Assembly: GCA_012511975.1 (NCBI GenBank)
Contig: JAAZEZ010000069.1
Coordinates: forward strand, 1-47,584
DNA from: Bacteroidales bacterium
Lineage (GTDB): Bacteria; Bacteroidota; Bacteroidia; Bacteroidales; UBA932
Direction: 5' to 3'
DNA length: 47,584 nt
Below, piece after piece: positions 43,727 to 47,584 of the stretch. Every line of letters starts with the position of its first letter. Position 1 is the first letter of the stretch. The position numbers and the translations under genes are program-made. The notes under the pieces are model-generated. The model made no database searches, had not been told where the DNA came from, and was given only the letters and a program-made list of their open reading frames with translations.

Positions 43727-45040
43727 CTATTCTTCCGCAATTGCCTCGACAGGCTTGATCATCATGGCGCGTTGGGCGGGAATAAGCCCTGCCAACATTC
43801 CGATAACGATTAGAATAATGAGTGAACCCACCGCCATTGTGAAGCTGATTTGCGGATCTTTAAAAAATTGATCACCTTGACTTAGGACTACTCCTACTGC
43901 TGAAAGCAACCCCACACCCAGCACAATTCCGCCAATCCCTGCCAGAACGGTCAGTACAACACTTTCACTCAAAATTTGTCCTATAATATTATTCGGTGTC
44001 GCCCCCAAAGCACGACGGATACCTATCTCTTTGGTGCGTTCGCGCACGGTTACGAGCATGATGTTGCTGACGCCGACGGCTCCCGCGAGCAATGTGCCAA
44101 TACCGACGATCCAGATTAGAAGGGAGATACCAATCTCCAGGTTATTGAACATTTTAAATTGCTCTTCGATGTTCATGCTAAAAACCGCCTCTTTGTCGTC
44201 AGGTGATATTTGGTGCTGTTGTTTTAAAACTTCCGTGATTTTATCCTGAATACTTCTAACAGCTACACCAGGTTTAGCGGTAGCTGCCAAAAAGTGAATT
44301 ACATTACCTTGATTAAATGCCTGCTGCATAGTCGTAAAGGGCAACACTACGGTTTCCGCAGTTTGTCCGCCAATGCTCACACCGGATGTGCTTCGTGCCA
44401 CACCAATAACTTGAAAATAGATCCCATTTACTCGAATCTGCTTTCCTGCCGGATTCTCACCATGAAAAAGCACCTCATATACCCTTTCACCAATAACACA
44501 CACCTTGCGTTTTTCAGCAATATCTATATCATTGACATATCGGCCGTAGAGCATTTTGCTTTTTTCGATCAAATCATATTCGGGATAACAACCTTTTACC
44601 AGATAGGACCCTCCCTTATCTCCTCGCACTACATTTTTCTCACCATTACCACCTCCAAAAAGCACTGGTGACATATATTGCAAATCATCCACTCTATTTC
44701 GAATAATAGGTAAATCACTATTTGTCATATTCCAAACACGCCCTTTTCTGAAACCTTTGTAGGGCTCAGTCGTACGCTCTGCCATAAAAAAGACCGAATT
44801 GGTTGCAAACCCTTCTATTTGCGAGAAAATGCCGGTTTTTAATGCATTTCCCGCACCCACCATAAGCACAAGCATAAATATTCCCCAAAAAACGCCGAAT
44901 GCCGTGAGAAAACTACGCGATTTATTGCTCGTAATGGTAATCCATATCTCCTGCCAGCGGTCAATATCGAAAACAGACATGATCCTTCTCCATAAAGAAG
45001 TTTTTCCAAATTGTGGCAGACTATTTATCTTTTGTTTCAT
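43727..45040 (-). CDS. ABC transporter permease, FtsX/MacB-like (MacB_PCD plus FtsX domains)
   Basis: NKSRSFLTAFGVFWGI N-terminal TM segment, a large periplasmic domain, and a C-terminal FtsX 3-TM bundle with TKEIGIRRALGA. An alternative start is ATG 44980 (MSVFDIDRW...). Confidence 0.85.
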   Translation of the reverse strand: MKQKINSLPQFGKTSLWRRIMSVFDIDRWQEIWITITSNKSRSFLTAFGVFWGIFMLVLMVGAGNALKTGIFSQIEGFATNSVFFMAERTTEPYKGFRKGRVWNMTNSDLPIIRNRVDDLQYMSPVLFGGGNGEKNVVRGDKGGSYLVKGCYPEYDLIEKSKMLYGRYVNDIDIAEKRKVCVIGERVYEVLFHGENPAGKQIRVNGIYFQVIGVARSTSGVSIGGQTAETVVLPFTTMQQAFNQGNVIHFLAATAKPGVAVRSIQDKITEVLKQQHQISPDDKEAVFSMNIEEQFKMFNNLEIGISLLIWIVGIGTLLAGAVGVSNIMLVTVRERTKEIGIRRALGATPNNIIGQILSESVVLTVLAGIGGIVLGVGLLSAVGVVLSQGDQFFKDPQISFTMAVGSLIILIVIGMLAGLIPAQRAMMIKPVEAIAEE

Positions 45041-45055
45041 ATTATTCTAAATCAA

Positions 45056-45146
45056 AACTCAATACTCTGTACTCAGAACTCACCCGCATCTCGTACCCTG
45101 CGACCCCTAATCACCGCGCACCCCGTAACTCGCACCCCGCACCCCA
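45056..45146. repeat. Junction repeat R2: AACTCAATACTCTGTACTCAGAACTC followed by a C-rich tract (G-rich on the coding strand)
   Basis: It contains CGCACCCCGTAACTC (45117..45131), the exact reverse complement of 46445..46459, and repeated CGCACCCC-like units. It fills the intergenic space between the two permease genes. Confidence 0.7.
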
Positions 45147-45149
45147 TAT

Positions 45150-46412
45150 CTACTCCTGTCTCATTGCCTCTATCGGCTTTATCTTAACAGCTTTCCTTGC
45201 GGGTAGATAACCGGCAATCACTCCCGATATAACCAGCAAAACGGTCGCAAAAATGGCGTACCCGATATTTACGGTAGGATTTTTAAATACCGACATTTGC
45301 GGACCTCCGTCAGCGCTTTGCGCCACATTTGCAGCCTGCTCCGTAATAAAGTTCATTATCTCTGTAACCCCTATCCCTAAAAACATACCGATGTATCCGA
45401 AAATGGCGGTAATGATAATGGATTCCAAAATTATGGAGGTCAATATGGAGGCCGGCGGTGCTCCTATGGCTTTACGAATACCTATTTCACGCGTACGTTC
45501 TTTTACCGACACTAACATGATATTACTTACACCCACAATTCCGGCAATAAGCGTGAGAATTCCAACAATAGTTACAAATAGGTTGACTCCACCAAATATT
45601 TTCATCGTTTCGATGTAATCGGATTGCGAGTTGTTTACCCAAAGTGCTTGATTGTCTTCCGGATCAAACTTAAGTTGGCGCCCCATAAGATTACGCAATG
45701 ATTTATTGAATCTTTCATTTTCAACTGTCGTTTCGAGCCCTTCCACAGTAAAGGAAAGTTGATAGAATTTTTTATCGGTATTAAATACGACTTGCATAGT
45801 AGAGAATGGTATATAGGCAACCGGACCGCCCCACTGCTCTTTTTTAGAATTTACACCGATAACTTTAAACATCAGTTGCCCAACCTTTACATATTCTCCT
45901 AATGGTGATTTCTCTTTGAAAAGCACCTCTGCCATTTGTTTGTCAATAACGATTACCTTACTCCTCTGAGTATAGTCAAGATGATTGAAAAATCTACCGT
46001 CACCCGGCTCAAAAATCAGTTTCTCCATTTCGGCATAACTCGGCATGACACCATTAACCTGATACGAGCCATATTCAGTGCCATAGGAAATATTTTGTGT
46101 CCTATTGGAACGGGCGGTAACCAAACGACTTTCCTTTACTTCATCTTCTACAACCGATATTTCCTGTTCGGAAAACTTAAGATTTCGTCCCGATTTCAAT
46201 CCTTGATAGGGTATCGATGTGATTCCGGTCCACATGTTAATACGGTTTACGGCACGGTGTTCAAAATTTGCTGTCACCCCATTTTTCAATCCGTTGCTTG
46301 CACCAAGCAAGACTATAAGGATGAAAATTCCCCAAGAAACCGAAAGTCCGGTCAGGGTGGTGCGCAGCTTATTTTTGCGCAGGGTAGCGAATATTTCTTG
46401 TAAATAATTCAT
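45150..46412 (-). CDS. ABC transporter permease, FtsX/MacB-like (second paralogue)
   Basis: NKLRTTLTGLSVSWGIFILI N-terminal TM segment and a C-terminal TREIGIRKAIGA FtsX motif. 420 aa. Confidence 0.88.
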   Translation of the reverse strand: MNYLQEIFATLRKNKLRTTLTGLSVSWGIFILIVLLGASNGLKNGVTANFEHRAVNRINMWTGITSIPYQGLKSGRNLKFSEQEISVVEDEVKESRLVTARSNRTQNISYGTEYGSYQVNGVMPSYAEMEKLIFEPGDGRFFNHLDYTQRSKVIVIDKQMAEVLFKEKSPLGEYVKVGQLMFKVIGVNSKKEQWGGPVAYIPFSTMQVVFNTDKKFYQLSFTVEGLETTVENERFNKSLRNLMGRQLKFDPEDNQALWVNNSQSDYIETMKIFGGVNLFVTIVGILTLIAGIVGVSNIMLVSVKERTREIGIRKAIGAPPASILTSIILESIIITAIFGYIGMFLGIGVTEIMNFITEQAANVAQSADGGPQMSVFKNPTVNIGYAIFATVLLVISGVIAGYLPARKAVKIKPIEAMRQE

Positions 46413-46510
46413 GTTATAGTTCCGAGTTCTGAGTTAGGAGTTCTGAGTTACGGGGTGCGAGGTATTCTCGAGGTGCGAGTCGCGTGGTGTGGGGTGCGAG
46501 TGCGAGGTGT
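46413..46510. repeat. Junction repeat R3: two tandem GAGTTCTGAGTTA units, then GAGTTACGGGGTGCG and four TGCGAG units
   Basis: 13-mers at 46424..46436 and 46438..46450. GGTGCGAG at 46454, 46472 and 46493, plus TGCGAG at 46501. Orientation is opposite to R1 and R2. It overlaps the 3' end of the ATPase ORF. Confidence 0.7.
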
Positions 46511-47171
46511 CGCTTTCGATCATACCGTCTTTCAGGCGGATTATGCGGTTGGTGGCATCGGCTACCGATTGTTCGTGAGTAACGATGATAGTGGTGATGC
46601 CTTGTTTATTTAAGTCAGTGAGAAGACCTATTACTTCTACGGTAGTTTGACTGTCTAATGCTCCTGTAGGTTCGTCGGCAAGAATAATTTTTGGATTTGA
46701 AATCATAGCGCGCGCAATGGCAACACGTTGTTTCTGCCCACCCGAAAGCTCATTAGGCATGTGATGTGCCCAATCTTTCAATCCCATTTTATCCAGATGC
46801 TCCATTGCAACGATATTACGTTGTCTTCTGCCCACATTTTTATAATAGAGCGGAAGTGCAACATTTTCTAAAGCATTCTTAAAATTTATAAGATTGAATG
46901 ATTGAAATACGAATCCGATCATTTCATTGCGATATTTCGCGGCCTGTTTTTCACTCAAATCTCTGATGAGTGTACCGTTTAGCCGATATTCTCCCGCATC
47001 ATAGGTATCTAAAATTCCTATTATATTAAGTAATGTGGATTTTCCCGAACCGGATGCTCCCATAATGGAGACATATTCGCCCGCTTCAATGTTGAGGCTG
47101 ATACCTTTAAGCACATGCAGCGAAATGGCTTCTGTGTAGTAGGATTTGTGTAAATTTGTAAGAGAAATCAT
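46434..47171 (-). CDS. ABC transporter ATP-binding protein (MacB/LolD-type) with a repeat-encoded C-terminal tail
   Basis: Walker [10 protein letters not shown], signature [14 protein letters not shown], Walker [12 protein letters not shown] and H-loop VTHE. The last ~26 aa ([26 protein letters not shown]) are translated from repeat R3. Confidence 0.9.
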   Translation of the reverse strand: MISLTNLHKSYYTEAISLHVLKGISLNIEAGEYVSIMGASGSGKSTLLNIIGILDTYDAGEYRLNGTLIRDLSEKQAAKYRNEMIGFVFQSFNLINFKNALENVALPLYYKNVGRRQRNIVAMEHLDKMGLKDWAHHMPNELSGGQKQRVAIARAMISNPKIILADEPTGALDSQTTVEVIGLLTDLNKQGITTIIVTHEQSVADATNRIIRLKDGMIESDTSHSHPTPRDSHLENTSHPVTQNS

Positions 47172-47293
47172 TATGTATTAGCTATTTGCTTTTGGCTTAA
47201 AACCATTTTTGTCTTTTAACTAAGAAAGATATTCTGTTGTTTGCTTTGTAAGAATCCATTTTTGATAAAAATTTCATGCCAAAAATGACCATT

Positions 47294-47584
47294 CTACTTT
47301 TGTTGTTCTTCCAAAACATCTTTTAAGCTCTCTACAAAATCATCTAAACTAATCTCGAGCAGGTTTATCTTCTTAGCAATGGAGAGCATTTCCAACCCCA
47401 TAAATTCCTTTTTATACATCTTCTTCACGCTCTTTTTTGCATCGGGCGATGCGAAAAAACCCATGCCGCGTTTGTCGTAAATTATATCGAGCGATTTCAA
47501 ATGGTCGTAGCTTCGCATAACGGTATTGGGATTTACCCCCAATTGTGCCCCCATCTCCCTTATGGAAGGTATTCGTTCATCTTC
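47294..47584 (-). CDS. GntR-family (YhcF-like, short) transcriptional regulator, 5'-partial at the window edge
   Basis: The frame stays open to base 47584 (…EDERIPSIREMGAQLGVNPNTVMRSYDHLKSLDIIYDKRGMGFF), a winged-HTH typical of GntR. It lies upstream of the ABC efflux genes. Confidence 0.8.
   Translation of the reverse strand, partial: EDERIPSIREMGAQLGVNPNTVMRSYDHLKSLDIIYDKRGMGFFASPDAKKSVKKMYKKEFMGLEMLSIAKKINLLEISLDDFVESLKDVLEEQQK

Noticed and set aside
45013-45210. 65-aa plus-strand ORF across the permease-permease junction
   Set aside because: It is produced by the stop-poor C-rich repeat tract and overlaps both permease gene ends antisense. Nothing supports it as a gene.
45117-46459. 15-nt perfect inverted repeats flanking the second permease, considered as an invertible DNA switch
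   Set aside because: No site-specific recombinase lies nearby. Inversion would flip an entire permease ORF rather than a promoter. The repeats are short and embedded in longer degenerate repeat tracts. RNA-level pairing or a repeat-element origin seems more plausible.
46413-46510. Tandem short repeats considered as a CRISPR array
   Set aside because: The repeat units are only 6-13 nt. There are no uniform spacers and no cas genes in the window, and the tract lies partly inside an ABC ATPase ORF.
47172-47285. 26-codon minus-strand ORF (MKFLSKMDSYKANNRISFLVKRQKWF) between the GntR gene and the ATPase
   Set aside because: It is too short, has no signal or TM character, and sits in an AT-rich spacer. 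It cannot be supported from sequence alone.

Overview
This is a 47.6-kb chromosomal segment with clear Bacteroidales (Bacteroidota) signatures: a SusC/SusD pair, an ECF sigma/FecR pair, many lipoproteins, repeated TAnnTTTG -7 promoter boxes and little Shine-Dalgarno usage. All calls come from reading the ORF translations and the DNA by eye. No HMM or BLAST search was possible, so family names rest on recognised motifs.

Most of the window is housekeeping: def, ruvX, dxr, rseP, tRNA-Glu, rpsT, radC, upp, miaB, rpoN, cysS, ssb, dcp and umuDC. It also carries a two-gene N-acyl-amino-acid (glycine) lipid locus and several secreted hydrolases.

Three regions are not ordinary:
1. Bases 1-1500 are an AT-rich island that abuts a 3'-truncated mobilisation gene. 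It carries a small HExxH protein whose stop codon overlaps (ATGA) the start of a signal-peptide ORF. That ORF is separated from its 168-codon body by a +1 frame offset inside an A6/T6 homopolymer.
2. Bases 19.7-32.2 kb hold eight co-directional genes: ECF sigma, FecR anti-sigma, DsbD, a TlpA-like thioredoxin, an STN-domain SusC, SusD, a 654-aa unknown protein ending in a DsbD-alpha-like redox domain, and a DUF4369-TlpA lipoprotein. It is built like a PUL, but its cargo is a periplasmic disulfide-reductase relay rather than glycan-degrading enzymes. This is my best candidate for an undescribed system.
3. Bases 41.2-47.6 kb are a GntR-ABC(MacB-like)-HlyD-TolC efflux operon. Three of its gene junctions carry a family of short repeats in opposite orientations, and one of them supplies the C-terminal tail and stop codon of the ATPase.

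Other points: rseP is split by an apparent single-base frameshift; a nitroreductase with a canonical lipoprotein signal is coupled to umuDC; and two -7 boxes sit 4 nt from start codons, suggesting leaderless mRNAs.
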